Notes: generated by a model from the letters alone, not told the origin. Counted from the first letter of the whole stretch, positions 12,190 through 23,790 are shown. The stretch: 63,184 nucleotides of DNA, filler included, from Octopus bimaculoides (GCF_001194135.2; 4 parts of 3 records of this genome joined end to end with filler, not necessarily neighbours in it); one strand, 5' to 3'. Program-made: numbers and translations.

Positions 12190-14570
12190 GTATTGTTGCT
12201 CGCTTGAAGCATTGTGTAGTGTTTGTGAGGAATAAAGCGTTTTGCACTAATCATCCACAGTCTGATATGATATTTCAGAATATAAATTCCATCTTCAGAT
12301 ATCCCTAGGAATCGATGGAGTCGCTGCTATTGATGGAGTCGCTGCTATTGAGAGAGTCGCTGCTATAATCGGTTTTCTAACGGCTTTTTTTTTCGGAGGC
12401 GTCTCAGCAGTGGTCTCACAAAGATCCTTCCGGATTTCCTCATGAGAAGTGCGTGAGGTCGGCCATGTCTCATGCTCGTGTGTGCTGCCACATCTGTTGC
12501 GCTGCTTCTAAGATATGTATTATACGTGCAGCTTTCTTTTTTTCGCTCTCTTTATATTTAAGAACAATACATGAGCATGTTATTAAAAGTGAACCTACAC
12601 GCATCCTGATGTAGCTAAATAATATATTGATTACCAACCTCCAGCCTGTTGTTAATTCGGGGCCCTAGTCTATGTATGAGTATAGCTACCTTAGTTCTTA
12701 AATTATCCAAATTTCTTTCATTGGCCTCAATTGTGACTGTTATACTTTTGTCGGTGTTCCGACATCTGTCTAGATGTTTTCTGAAGGAAGAGGCCTTTGT
12801 GTTCAGATGTTCTTTGATGCGAAAGTGTAACGGTCTTGTTGTGCTACCCACATAGCACTTGTTCCAGTTCTTACATTGTTTTCTATAAACAATATTTACC
12901 CTTTGGCATAAATCTGTGTCACGGATGGGACATTTGTAAATGTGCCTTGATTGTTGTCTCTTGTTCGTTTCTTTGCAAGTCGTCTTCTCACAGAGGGGCC
13001 TCCGTGGGATAGTTGTATGTCTAGCCTTTGTTTTCTTATGGCTCTTCGGATGGCTTTAGTTATCCACTCGCTAAAATGGGGTATTTTAAGGAAGCATGTG
13101 TTGCTGGGTTTTCTGTGTTCGGCGTGTTGGTTGTCTTGGGAACTTAAGCTGATTTACAATGGATGTAGGGTACCCGTTGGTTTTCAATATATCTAGGAAG
13201 CGTTTAGTGTCGGTCACGTTGTCCTCTGTCCTGCCGCACTTGCCCTGAATGCGTGCAAGTTCGTTTCTAGCGTATCCTATTTTGGCACCGAGTGGAAGTG
13301 CTGAATTGTACTGAATAAACGTATCGCTACTGGCTGTTTTCATTTAGAACTCGGTGTGGATATCCCCCTCTTCCGTTATATTCAGTTGGAAGTCAAGTAA
13401 TGATAGTGATCCAGTGATGTCGGGATGTTCTATAGTGAACTTCACGTTCATGTCCATATTATTGAACGTCATGAATATTTTGTCAGCCTCTTCACGCGAG
13501 GATGTGAGTATGATGATGTCATCTACGTACGTGGTGAAGAAGACGCATGAACGGCAGATGTTGAGTGCTCGACGTTCCAGATTATTCATATAAGTGATGG
13601 CTAGTAGGCCCGAGAGACTGGATCCCATGGGGAGAACTGTTATCTGTTTGTATATATGCTCATGGAAAGAGAAGTAGGTGTTGTCCACGAAGATGGACAA
13701 AAGTTGATGTGTATCAGCTGCGGTAAGTCCGAAGCATTGGATGTCGGACGCAGTTGTGCAGTCAGTCAATAGATTGACCGCCGAGTGTGCTGGCACCGTG
13801 GTGTACATTGATAGAACGGCAAGACTAAAGGCATATCTGTTTTGCCTGAATTGGTCTGGGGGCAGTTGGCGCAGTCTTTTGATGACTTCGTCGGAGTTTT
13901 TGACGTATCCAGGAAAGGTGGAGAGTATGGATTTCAGGATGTGAGAAAGTAACCAGGATATTTTATATAGAGGTCATTTTACGCTGGAGACGGTGGGTCT
14001 AATCTGGATCATGTAGCTATCCTTGTGTGTTTTAATGAGGTGATAAAATATCTGTAATCTACTCTTCTTTGTGATGAAGTTATTCTTGTAATTGTTATAT
14101 ATTTGTCTTCCTCTACAGATGTCCGTCCATGCGATGCTAATTAGGTCCTCAATCCTAGTCGCAGTTGTTTCTGTCACATCAAAATATAGTATGTCATTGC
14201 TTAAATGTTCTTGTGCCAATCTATCACATATTTCACAAGAAATCACACAGATTTCTTTTCCTTTATCCGATAGTAAGTAGACAAGGTTTTTGTTCTTTAG
14301 TTTAGTCAATGTTTTATCTTACGCCTTGGTTAAGTTTGGTGTTATTTTCGATTCCTTCCTTAAGATGTTGGAGATAGACTGTTTCAATCTGGATTGTGGT
14401 TGAGGTCTCGGTTGGTTGGGGGATGGTCTAGTTGGTAGGTAGTAAATTTGCCGAGTGTGTTGTTCTTCTTTATCATCGATAGCCATTTGAGTTGGTACTC
14501 TGTTCGACAAAAGTTGGCTTCGGATCGAATAAGATGATTTGTATTAAAGCCTGTTCAGTCCATCTTCTAG
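12190..14570 (-). mobile_element. Penelope-like retroelement (RT plus GIY-YIG endonuclease), degenerate
   Basis: RT: FYHLIKTHK, IRPTVS, MYTTVP, YKQITVLPMGSSLSGLLAITYM, YVDD at 13518-13529, LSLLDFQL. GIY-YIG: NIVYRKQCKNWNKCYVGSTTRPLHFRIKEH. ORF ends ~12615 and is followed by a 3' tail. Several stops and frameshifts. Confidence 0.93.
12264..12303 (-). ncRNA. Minimal type I hammerhead ribozyme in the Penelope 3' tail
   Basis: Minus strand reads GAUAU CUGAAGA U GGAAU UUAU AUUCU GAAA UA UC AUAUC. Stem I GAUAU/AUAUC is perfect, the CUGANGA and GAAA boxes are intact, stem II is GGAAU/AUUCU, stem III is the palindrome AUAU, and the cleavage triplet is AUC. Confidence 0.8.
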
Positions 14571-14638
14571 TGTTAATATGTTCATACACACACACACAAA
14601 CACGCGCACACACACACACACACACATACGCACGCACG

Positions 14639-14676
<38 letters not shown>

Positions 14677-14793
14677 AACACACACAAACACATACACACA
14701 TGTATATATTTGTATATATATANNNNNNNNNNNNNNNNNNNNNNNNNNNNNNNNNNNNNNNNNNNNNNNNNNNNNNNNNATATATATACATAT

Positions 14794-15196
14794 ATAAAAA
14801 CCCAAATTTATGGAATAGAGTACGTAAAATCTTGTTTCCGACATAGCAGAGCCTCGGAAGTGGTAATTACTCAACGAGGAGTATTCCGCAAGCTACACAT
14901 CAGGCCAAAAATACCTTAGTCAAATGTAGGTTACATTGTCGACAAGGCATCCCATGTTAACCTGTAGGAGATTTGATCGAAAATGCATGAATACTTTCCA
15001 TTCCATTAATCTGCTGCGAGTAACATCGGATCCGTTAACGACATTGTAACCTTCACTTGACTAAGTTATCTCTGACATGATGAGAAGCCGGCGGAATACT
15101 CCTAGTTAGGTAATTACTACTTCCGAAGCTCTGCTAGCGAGGAAACGTATCTAGCCTGGATTTTAGCTGTTCTATTCCCTAGATTTGGAATTTTAT
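14794..15196. repeat. ~400-bp imperfect palindrome (fold-back/MITE-like element)
   Basis: 14834-14940 is the reverse complement of ~15040-15146 (gtttcc..tagcagagc.tcggaagt.gtaattac...aggagtattccgc...cttagtcaa.tg.aggttaca.tgtcg). Similarity continues outward to 14794/15196 and inward almost to the centre. Confidence 0.85.
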
Positions 15197-16078
15197 TTGC
15201 ATACATAGCAAGTCCAGTTGCTAACCATGAACAATTTTTCAGGTTATCGAACTTCGAAACGGGAAACGTTTGCAACCTTCTACGTCAATAAACCACTATT
15301 CTCCTTGAACGTTGTTTTGCATACCTTCTAAGAACTGCTTGGAACTTACTACCTTCCTACACGTTTATCCTTAGATCTTACTCGCAATTATCTTATAAAT
15401 ATATGTGAGTGTACGTGTGCGTGCGTATGTGTGTGTGTGCGTGTTCATGTGTGTGTGAGAGTCTCTTTGTGTATGTGTGTGCGTGTGTGTGTGTATGTGT
15501 GTGTGTGTACTAATTATTGCTAGCAAGTGGCTAATTGATAAAAGAAAAAGTTGTAAAATCATAGCTACAAGCTTTCGTCGATCATCTATTCAAGTATTAA
15601 ATTCGAGTTAAATGGTTTATTGCCACTATGAGTATTTTCCGAACAAGTTTTAAGCATACTTCTGACTTCTTTCTCAAAATTGGTCCAACTGCATCTTATA
15701 CTCATTTAACTCCATTTTCTATTACATTACCTATTATATAACAGAAGAAATAATTCACACAATGGTTTTCTATTCGTTCTTTATCTCAGCCAATAACAAG
15801 TATTAACTTTTTGTTATTTTAAAGAGCCATTCTTTTCCTGTCATTGATATTTGCAGTGAATCTATTTACAAACAAGTATGTATGTATGTATGTACGTATG
15901 TATGTATGTATGTATGTATGTATGTATGTATGTATGTATGTGTGTATGCATGTGTGTATGTGTGTATGTATGTGTGTATGCATGTGTGTATGTATGGGTG
16001 TACGTACGTACCAACATATGTATGTCTGTATCTCTCTCTCCCTCTCTCTCTGTATATGTATATGTATCTATAGGCACA

Positions 16079-16109
<31 letters not shown>

Positions 16110-16213
16110 CATAAATATAAGGGATTAGCAATTGAGTTGCTTCTCCAACATACTGAAAATTCAGAAACAGCAGTCAAAGAACTACTGATTCTAAACTACA
16201 AATTTTTCTCTAA

Positions 16214-16313
16214 NNNNNNNNNNNNNNNNNNNNNNNNNNNNNNNNNNNNNNNNNNNNTTAATTAATTAANNNNNNNNNNNNNNNNNNNNNNNNNNNNNNN
16301 NNNNNNNNNNNNN
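16214..16313. other. Artificial scaffold spacer: 44 N + TTAATTAATTAA + 44 N
   Basis: Exactly 100 bp; the 12-mer places TAA in all six frames. Identical structure at 44052-44151 and 58912-59011. Confidence 0.95.
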
Positions 16314-16449
16314 AGTGGTATTGGTGGTAGTTAGTGTATATAGATCTGATATTTCGAGCAGTGGTGATGGTGGTCGTGGTCATGGTGGTGAATGGTGATG
16401 ATGGTGACGACGAAATCTAGTCAGCGAAACGTGGCTGGCTGCGAGCATT

Positions 16450-16993
16450 CGCCATTGAAAAGGTTTAAAAAAAGCCCGAAATCCATCAGGCGCTGACCAC
16501 TGCTGGGGCAAATTTTCCTCTCTCTCTCTCCCTGATATTTTGTTTTTAACATAGCAAATCCATAAGAGAAGTTATCTCTGGACAAATACTGCAGTAATTG
16601 GCCTAGCAACGGTGTATATACATTACGCATGATACATAAATGGCTATTTTAATAATATACTACCTCAATTGCATATATCGGATTTTTAACCAGCCCGAAC
16701 GGCTATTCGCAACATCAGTGAATGTTTTAATCACTTTTTTATATACCAAAGATTGCAAACTCTCATCCAAGCAAGTAGATGGTTGCAAGTATGCAGCATT
16801 GAAAAGACCCCCCAAAGGCTGAAATGCATTAGGGGTTCTTGCTGGCCACTGCTGGGATCAATTTCCATCTCTATTTATTGCGTTTTTAACATAGCTCGTC
16901 CATAAGAAATGTTATCTCGACACAAATACTGCAATGACTGGTCTGTCGACAGTGTATATACATTAAGTATGATACATCGATGGCTATTATAAT
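16450..16993 (+). repeat. Diverged tandem direct repeat, period ~345 bp
   Basis: cattgaaaag...gaaat.cat.agg...gctg.ccactgctggg...tttttaacatagc...ccataaga...gttatctc...caaatactgca...gtgtatatacatta...tgatacat..atggctatt occurs at ~16450-16655 and again at ~16795-16993. Confidence 0.75.
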
Positions 16994-17940
16994 CGTAATA
17001 GTAGCGGTGGTGAGGGTTGTGGTCATAACATAGAAATACTAGTATTTGTAGTAGTGCTAATGGTGGTGGTTATAGTTAATAGGTTTGGTTTTATAGTTGT
17101 AATGGTGGTGGTTGTAATAATGACACAGCGGTAGTAGTAGTAGTAGTAGTGGTGGTACCGGTGCAGGCTGTGGTTATTGCGGTGGTGGAGTAAATAGATC
17201 TGGCATTTATAGAGATGATGGCGCTAATTGTAGTAGTAGTAATAATAGTAATAGTAATAGAAGTAGTAGTAGTAGTAATAGAAGTAGTAGTAATAATAGT
17301 AGTAGTAGTAATAGTAGTAGTAGCAGCAGCAGTTGCAGTAGTAGTTGTAGTAATAGTAATAGCTGTAATAGTAGTAGTAGCATTGATGGTTGTGATGGTG
17401 GTGGTAGATTGGTAGAATGGTTAGATTCATCGGAGAAATGCATTGTGGCATTCGTCTTTGGTTCTTTACGTTCTGAGTTCAAATCACACTGGTCGACTTC
17501 ATCTTTCATTCTCTCGGTGTTGATATAAAAAAAAGTGCTTGTCAAATACGGGGTTTGATTGGTAGCGATTACAACCCATCCCCTCAAAATTTGGAAGACT
17601 CATTGGNNNNNNNNNNNNNNNNNNNNNNNNNNNNNNNNNNNNNNNNNNNNNNNNNNNNNNNNNNNNNNNNNNNNNNNNNNNNNNNNNNNNNNNNNNNNNN
17701 NNNNNNNNNNNNNNNNNNNNNNNNNNNNNNNNNNNNNNNNNNNNNNNNNNNNNNNNNNNNNNNNNNNNNNNNNNNNNNNNNNNNNNNNNNNNNNNNNNNN
17801 NNNNNNNNNNNNNNNNNNNNNNNNNNNNNNNNNNNNNNNNNNNNNNNNNNNNNNNNNNNNNNNNNNNNNNNNNNNNNNNNNNNNNNNNNNNNNNNNNNNN
17901 NNNNNNNNNNNNNNNNNNNNNNNNNNNNNNNNNNTATATA

Positions 17941-18104
17941 CGACGGGCTTCTTTTCAGTTTCCGTCTACCAAATCCACTCACAAGGCTTTGGTCGGCCCG
18001 AGGCTATAGTTTAAAGACACTTGCCCAAGGCGCCACGCAGTGGGACTGAACCCAGAACCATGTGGTTGGTAAGCAAGTTCCTTACCACACAGCCACTCCT
18101 ACGC
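17941..18104 (-). mobile_element. tRNA-derived SINE family B, head half
   Basis: Matches the family head aggcgcaggagtggctgtgtggtaag...ggttc.gggttcagtcccactgcgtggc.ccttgggcaag seen at 55260-55455 and 51120-51259. Confidence 0.8.
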
Positions 18105-18129
18105 AGAATTACTTTGAAAAACCTGCTTT

Positions 18130-18560
18130 CACATGTAGGACGAATCTAGTTGTCGATTAAGTCCATTGTGAAGATGGTCCCGCCGCCCTCTTCCCATCTG
18201 GTTGGTGGTTTTAGCAAATGAGATTAGAACAAGATTGAAACAGCTGAAAACAGACATCTTCCTCTTTGGCCAAGCCCTCATCAACTTTTTCTTGTTTAAC
18301 CTAAAATGGGAAGTGAGGTGGGAGAGGGAAGTGCTGCCTTTCAGTAAATTTGTTAAGGAGTGACTGAGAATTGTAAACAAGGTCCGAACAAAAGGGGTTA
18401 CTCTTAGCATGTGCCTATAGATTGGAATAGGGCAACGAGGAGAAGGCACTTACCTTAGTGATCAAGGGGATCAGAGTTTTTCTAGGGTTTCCTTGTTATT
18501 TTCTTTTTTGTTCACCCTTTCATATCCCCCCCCCCATTCAATCGTCATGTACAGCCTCTA
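18130..18560 (+). mobile_element. Tx1/L1-like LINE 3' remnant
   Basis: Broken frame ...DIFLFGQALINFFLFNLKWEVRWEREVLPFSKFVKE*LRIVNKVRTKGVTLSM resembles the ORF2 end of Tx1-like LINEs, followed by a T-rich UTR. Family assignment is from memory. Confidence 0.5.
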
Positions 18561-19086
18561 AATGTTTTTGTGACCTCTTTGTGGTTAATACAGAAAACAT
18601 TATTAAAGTACCAGTTGAGCTCTGGGGTCGACTTAATCGACTAACCTTCTCCCCTAAAATTTCAGGCCAATGCCTATCTTAGAAAGGATTATTATTATTA
18701 TTATTATTATTATTATTGGTAGTGGCATTATGGTAATAATTGATAATGCCCCGAACTAGCGGAATCGTTATTCTTTTACTTGTTTCAGTCATTTGACTGC
18801 GGCCATGTTGGAGCACCGCCTTTGCGAGATTTCTTTTTACTTGTTACGTTCTGAGTTTAATTCCCGTCGAAGTCAGCTTTGCTTTTCATCCCTCTGAAGC
18901 TGACAGAATAAGGTCCCAGTTACTTAATGGCCTCGTTGAGATATAGTCGACATATTTTAAAGGAGAGAGCCTATTTAAAGGGTGCAAAGGTGAATGAAAG
19001 AAGATAAACACATAGATAGATACAAATACAGAAAAATTGAGAATAATATATGTATATGTATGCGAGTGTGTGTATATATATATATG

Positions 19087-19178
<92 letters not shown>

Positions 19179-19268
19179 AATATATATATGTGTGTGTGTG
19201 TATTTGTATGTTGGTTTGTGTTGGAAGTAATGAGATAGCAGTGCGCAATAGTTATTGTAGAGGGTACG

Positions 19269-19495
19269 GTTTTTATTGAAACTGAAACTGGGAGTTTGTC
19301 TTGTGACTCGTCCACTTACATAATGTTATGAGAACTATTATCGTATTCGTTTCACATAAGCCAAAGTACGAATAATATTCGACCTCTATGAGATTGATCA
19401 TTTGCAACGTACTGAGAACAGTTCTCGCCTGAAGATCGTACTGGCATGAGACTCGGGTTCTAAGAAAAACTCTCAATTCAGTTTCAATAAAAAAC
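19269..19495. mobile_element. MITE-like element with ~33-bp terminal inverted repeats
   Basis: gtttttattgaaactgaaactgggagtttgtctt (19269-) versus aagaaaaactctcaattcagtttcaataaaaaac (-19495). TA dinucleotides lie next to both ends. Confidence 0.7.
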
Positions 19496-19880
19496 TATAT
19501 ATGTATGTATGTATGTATGTGTATACACACATATATATTTATAGAGAGTGATAGGGAGGGAGGAGAATAGAATAATTGTGTATGAAGGGAAAAAGACTGT
19601 ACACTGCTGGGTTTGTGCATCATAGCTGAGCGGTTTCTTTCAAATGCTGAGTAGTAATACCGAGATGTCTTGCGCATGGGAGCAGAACTCTCTAAATGAA
19701 GTGTGTATAGATTGGGTCTGTGTGGTGTGCCATTAGCTGCCTAGGGCTGAAAATATTTGTGTTTCTGATCCTCAGTCCCCTTTTGGGTAACTGAGCATTT
19801 GTTCGCAGATTTTTTTTTAAACTACGAATACATTTCGTAGTCAAAACAATAGATATAAAATGCAGGGTAACAATAGCATT

Positions 19881-19945
<65 letters not shown>

Positions 19946-20030
19946 TAAGAACAACAACTAACAGCAACAACACTATGATAACAACAACAACAGCAATAAT
20001 AACAATAACAGCAACAACAACAATATCTGC

Positions 20031-20074
<44 letters not shown>

Positions 20075-20089
20075 TAATTCTTTCTACTG

Positions 20090-20296
20090 AAGACACAAGG
20101 CCTGAAATTCTTTTGGGGGAGCGGGACGAGTTGATTACATCGATCCCAGTGTTTCACTGGTACTTAATTTATCGACCCCCGGAAGGATGAAAGGCAAAAT
20201 CGACATCGGCGGAATTAGAACTCAGAACGTAGCGACGGGCGAAATACCGCTAAGCATTTCGTCCAGCACGCTAACGATTCTGCCAGCTCGCCGCCT
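20090..20296 (-). mobile_element. tRNA-derived SINE family C
   Basis: Head ggcggcgagctggcagaatcgttagc.tgctggacgaaatgcttagcggtatttcg...acgttctgagtt.taattccgcc and core tttgcctttcatccttccgggggtcgataaattaagtaccag. Other copies at ~38385-38590, 47355-47630, 57401-57597 and 58030-58352. Confidence 0.8.
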
Positions 20297-20365
20297 AATA
20301 ATCCTCTCTAATATATGAACAAGGCCTAGACTTTTGGGGAAGGGCGCTATAATAATACTTATTAC

Positions 20366-20401
<36 letters not shown>

Positions 20402-21178
20402 GAGGAATGTGCCGCTTCTCCATAGTAAATGTGCTGAAAGTTGGGTGACTATACTGAGGTTGGTCCAAGTGAGTGGGCCTACACTAAGCTGCTCCTATAG
20501 ACTGAAGATAACGGAGGAGAAAGGAAGCCTTACAATGGTACTCCTTGTGAGCAGGGGGTTTGGGATCTGTGTGCTGCCTTGGTTACCCCTGGATGGGGTG
20601 TACTTACCCCAGTGAGAAATTTTGTTTGAGTTTCTTGTTAAATAATTTAAAAAAATTATTTACATGGTTTTGTGTAAATTCTAACTATTCTTTGCCTTTC
20701 TATACCAGTAATATTTTTGGCGGCCCTTGAGGCCAATAAAGAATTATCATTATTATTATTGATAGTACTCCCAACTTTCATCAATACCACCACCACAACC
20801 ACCACCATCATCATCATCATAATCGTGGTCATCATCATCATCGTCGTCGTCGTCGTCACTATCATCATAATCATGACCATCATAGTTATGATCATGATCA
20901 TGATCATCATCATCATCATCATCATCAACATCGTTAACATCACCACCACCACCAGCACCACGGCCACCGCCGCCACCACCAACATCACTATCCACATCAT
21001 TACCGTCATCTCCGTCGACGCCGTCATCATCATCACCATCATCATCATCAATAACATCATCAACAACAACAGCAACAGCAACAGCATTATCTTCTAGTTA
21101 ATCAACTGCATTTCACGATCAGCTCAATTTCTGAAAAAATTCACAGTAGAATGAATAAATAAATAAATAAATAATCAT

Positions 21179-21218
<40 letters not shown>

Positions 21219-22164
21219 CATGCATATATGTATATCAGTTTAAATACGCAATCGAAAGAGCTACTAAATAGTTTCATGCTTCTACGAGGCTTGAACAGAC
21301 GTATTTTACAAAATACGCCAGGTTTCTTAAAGCAATCTTTCAGGCTCTCTGTTTATATGCTCTCTGTTTCTATGCTGTCATGGGTTGGACAGTTTGATAG
21401 GAGCTGGCCAATTGTCTGCTGTGCTACGGCTAGAGGCTCTTTCTAACACAAACCACTTTACAGACTGCATGTATGTAAGAAAATAGCCCATTATTAATAC
21501 AGTTTGTAAAACGGTGCACAAAATTTCATAAGCTAGTAAGGATTTCATGCAGTATATTTATGCATGCTTTACTATATCTTTGTGTATAGCTACAAAATGA
21601 GTGCTCAATACCAGCTACATGACAGAGCGTGACAGCATATTTTATTATACAGGCCAAAAATAATATAAAATAAAATAAAATGATAATGTAAATATAATCA
21701 CGATATTTCTTGTTTATTCATGTCTAGAATAAAATATATGATATGATATAGTCCGTTAAAGATCAAACATCGTTATTTCAAATTTCATAACTAGTTAATA
21801 CAAAGCTAAAAAAATCGTTAAACGATCTACAAAGCCATCCTCTTGGAAAAAGTCAGGCTATATATGAAAAAAAAAAGCAAAACAAACAAACAAACATCAC
21901 TTAATACGAGTTGTACGCTGAGTTGCAAAACTTTTAACACATCACACAATACGAGAAGATCTTTCGTATAAGTTCTGGTTCTTTCTGACCGAACAGTTCT
22001 GTTGGTAACCTAACTTAATTTTTCAGCAAGTTATTAAATTGAAGTAACGATGTATGATCTTTATTGGACTATATCATATTTTTCATGTATAAAATCAGAA
22101 TTTACTTACCTATCACGAAGAAAATTTCTATACATAAATGTGAAAATGGTAAAGAAAGCAAAAA

Positions 22165-22338
22165 TCAAAGAGTTCTCCCTAAGCGGTCAATTTCTTCTAC
22201 TAAGAAGTCCAGGTCTTTTTCCATAACTGCTGCGTTAGAAATGACCACTCTGAAAAAATTGGGGTGTTCGCCCAAGGGTTGGTAGCCTACCATAAGAGAT
22301 CCGTTCTCCATCATCAAAGCTTTGATGCACCTGGTAAC
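22165..22338 (-). CDS. GAD: Glutamate decarboxylase-family gene, terminal coding exon (174 nt including TGA)
   Basis: ttaaccttAG|GTT ACC AGG...; [57 protein letters not shown], matching the GAD C-terminus [21 protein letters not shown]...DFLIEEIERLGQDL. Confidence 0.95.
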   Translation of the reverse strand, partial: VTRCIKALMMENGSLMVGYQPLGEHPNFFRVVISNAAVMEKDLDFLVEEIDRLGRTL

Positions 22339-22507
22339 CTAAGGTTAATAGAAACGACAATATATGTATGTGCATATATATATGTATATATATAAAATTA
22401 TATATATGTATATATATAAAATTATATATATGTATATATATAAAATTATATATATGTATATATATAAAATTCAAATTACGATGACAGTAAACAAATGTCT
22501 AGAAAGT

Positions 22508-22680
22508 TAAAGAAGTAATTTTTTATTCTCAAACGCAGGATAATGCTAATAATATAGCATGAACAGGATAAACTATCCATATTTTGCAGAAAAACCTGTC
22601 GGCGATATATTTTTCTGTAAAATATGGCTAGTTATTATTAGTATTATCTTGCGTTTGAGAATAAAAAATTACCTCCTTTA
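22508..22680. mobile_element. Fold-back MITE-like element in the last GAD intron
   Basis: gtaattttttattctcaaacgcaggataatgctaataat pairs with attattagtattatcttgcgtttgagaataaaaaattac. The inner ccatattttgcagaaaaa pairs with tttttctgtaaaatatgg. Confidence 0.75.
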
Positions 22681-22696
22681 TATATATATATATATA

Positions 22697-22841
22697 AGGG
22701 GGTGCTGAAAGTTCCTGGTATTAGGGCTATTACGAAAGGCTTGGGGGGAGGCCCAATCTTCCAGTTTCTTTTACTGGGCTTCGAAAAACTGAAGGACCGT
22801 TGCAATAAGTGTGTGAATCTGAGAGGGGAATATGTTGAATA
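22697..22841 (+). mobile_element. Internally deleted mariner remnant
   Basis: TIR-like agggggtgctgaaagttcctgg after (TA)n; mariner C-terminus GFEKLKDRCNKCVNLRGEYVE*; truncated by the gap. Confidence 0.7.
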
Positions 22842-23489
22842 NNNNNNNNNNNNNNNNNNNNNNNNNNNNNNNNNNNNNNNNNNNNNNNNNNNNNNNNNNN
22901 NNNNNNNNNNNNNNNNNNNNNNNNNNNNNNNNNNNNNNNNNNNNNNNNNNNNNNNNNNNNNNNNNNNNNNNNNNNNNNNNNNNNNNNNNNNNNNNNNNNN
23001 NNNNNNNNNNNNNNNNNNNNNNNNNNNNNNNNNNNNNNNNNNNNNNNNNNNNNNNNNNNNNNNNNNNNNNNNNNNNNNNNNNNNNNNNNNNNNNNNNNNN
23101 NNNNNNNNNNNNNNNNNNNNNNNNNNNNNNNNNNNNNNNNNNNNNNNNNNNNNNNNNNNNNNNNNNNNNNNNNNNNNNNNNNNNNNNNNNNNNNNNNNNN
23201 NNNNNNNNNTGTGTGTGTGTGTGTATCTGAATGGAGGGGTGGGGCAAAGGAACTAAGCTTCCGGTCAGTCTAATTTTGGTCACCGGTTACTGTCATGTCT
23301 CTATACTTACGTTACGTAACAAATGTAATTAACAATGAAAATAGCTGGATGGATAAGATTGCCTAAAACTATACAAGAGGGATTTGGGTTCGTGCGCTGT
23401 CATAGGTCACAGGTCACTGGTCTGCATCCTTAATAAAGAGAAATTTTGATTGGCCTCGTCCACCTAGCTGGCCAATAAGTATTGTGAAA

Positions 23490-23790
23490 GTGCGTAGCTT
23501 AGGGGTTAGGGTATTTGATTTACGATCGTGAGGACATGAGTTCGATTCCCGGTGATGAGTTGTATCCTTGAGCAAGACTCTTTATTTCACGTTGCTCCAG
23601 TCCACTCAGCCAGCAAAAATGAGTTGTATCAGCCTTGTCACATTCTGTATCATGCTGAATCTCTCTGAGAACTACGTTAAGGGAAAGCGTGTCTGAGGAG
23701 TGCTCAGCCACTTGCATGTCAATTTCACGAGCAGGCCTTTCTGTTGATCAGATCAACTGGAGCCCTCGTCGTTGTAATCGACGGAGGGCC
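23490..23790 (+). mobile_element. tRNA-derived SINE family A (diverged)
   Basis: B-box gagttcgattccc and 3' body gagaactacgttaaggg...gagtgctcagccacttgca...aatttcacgagcagg...gttgatcagatcaactggagccctcgtcg, shared with 44152-44420, 44977-45280 and 54160-54470. Confidence 0.75.

Noticed and set aside
16258-16269. TTAATTAATTAA as a biological palindrome or homeodomain/PacI-type site
   Set aside because: It is always centred in exactly 44+44 Ns, so it is an assembly linker.
15844-21097. Low-complexity ORFs (poly-YI, CV, HT, Y, I, D, H, M/V), also 28531-28965, 43515-44107 and 52863-56314
   Set aside because: They are translations of (TA)n, (CA)n, (TACA)n, (AAT)n and (CAT)n microsatellites with no splice-bounded conserved sequence.
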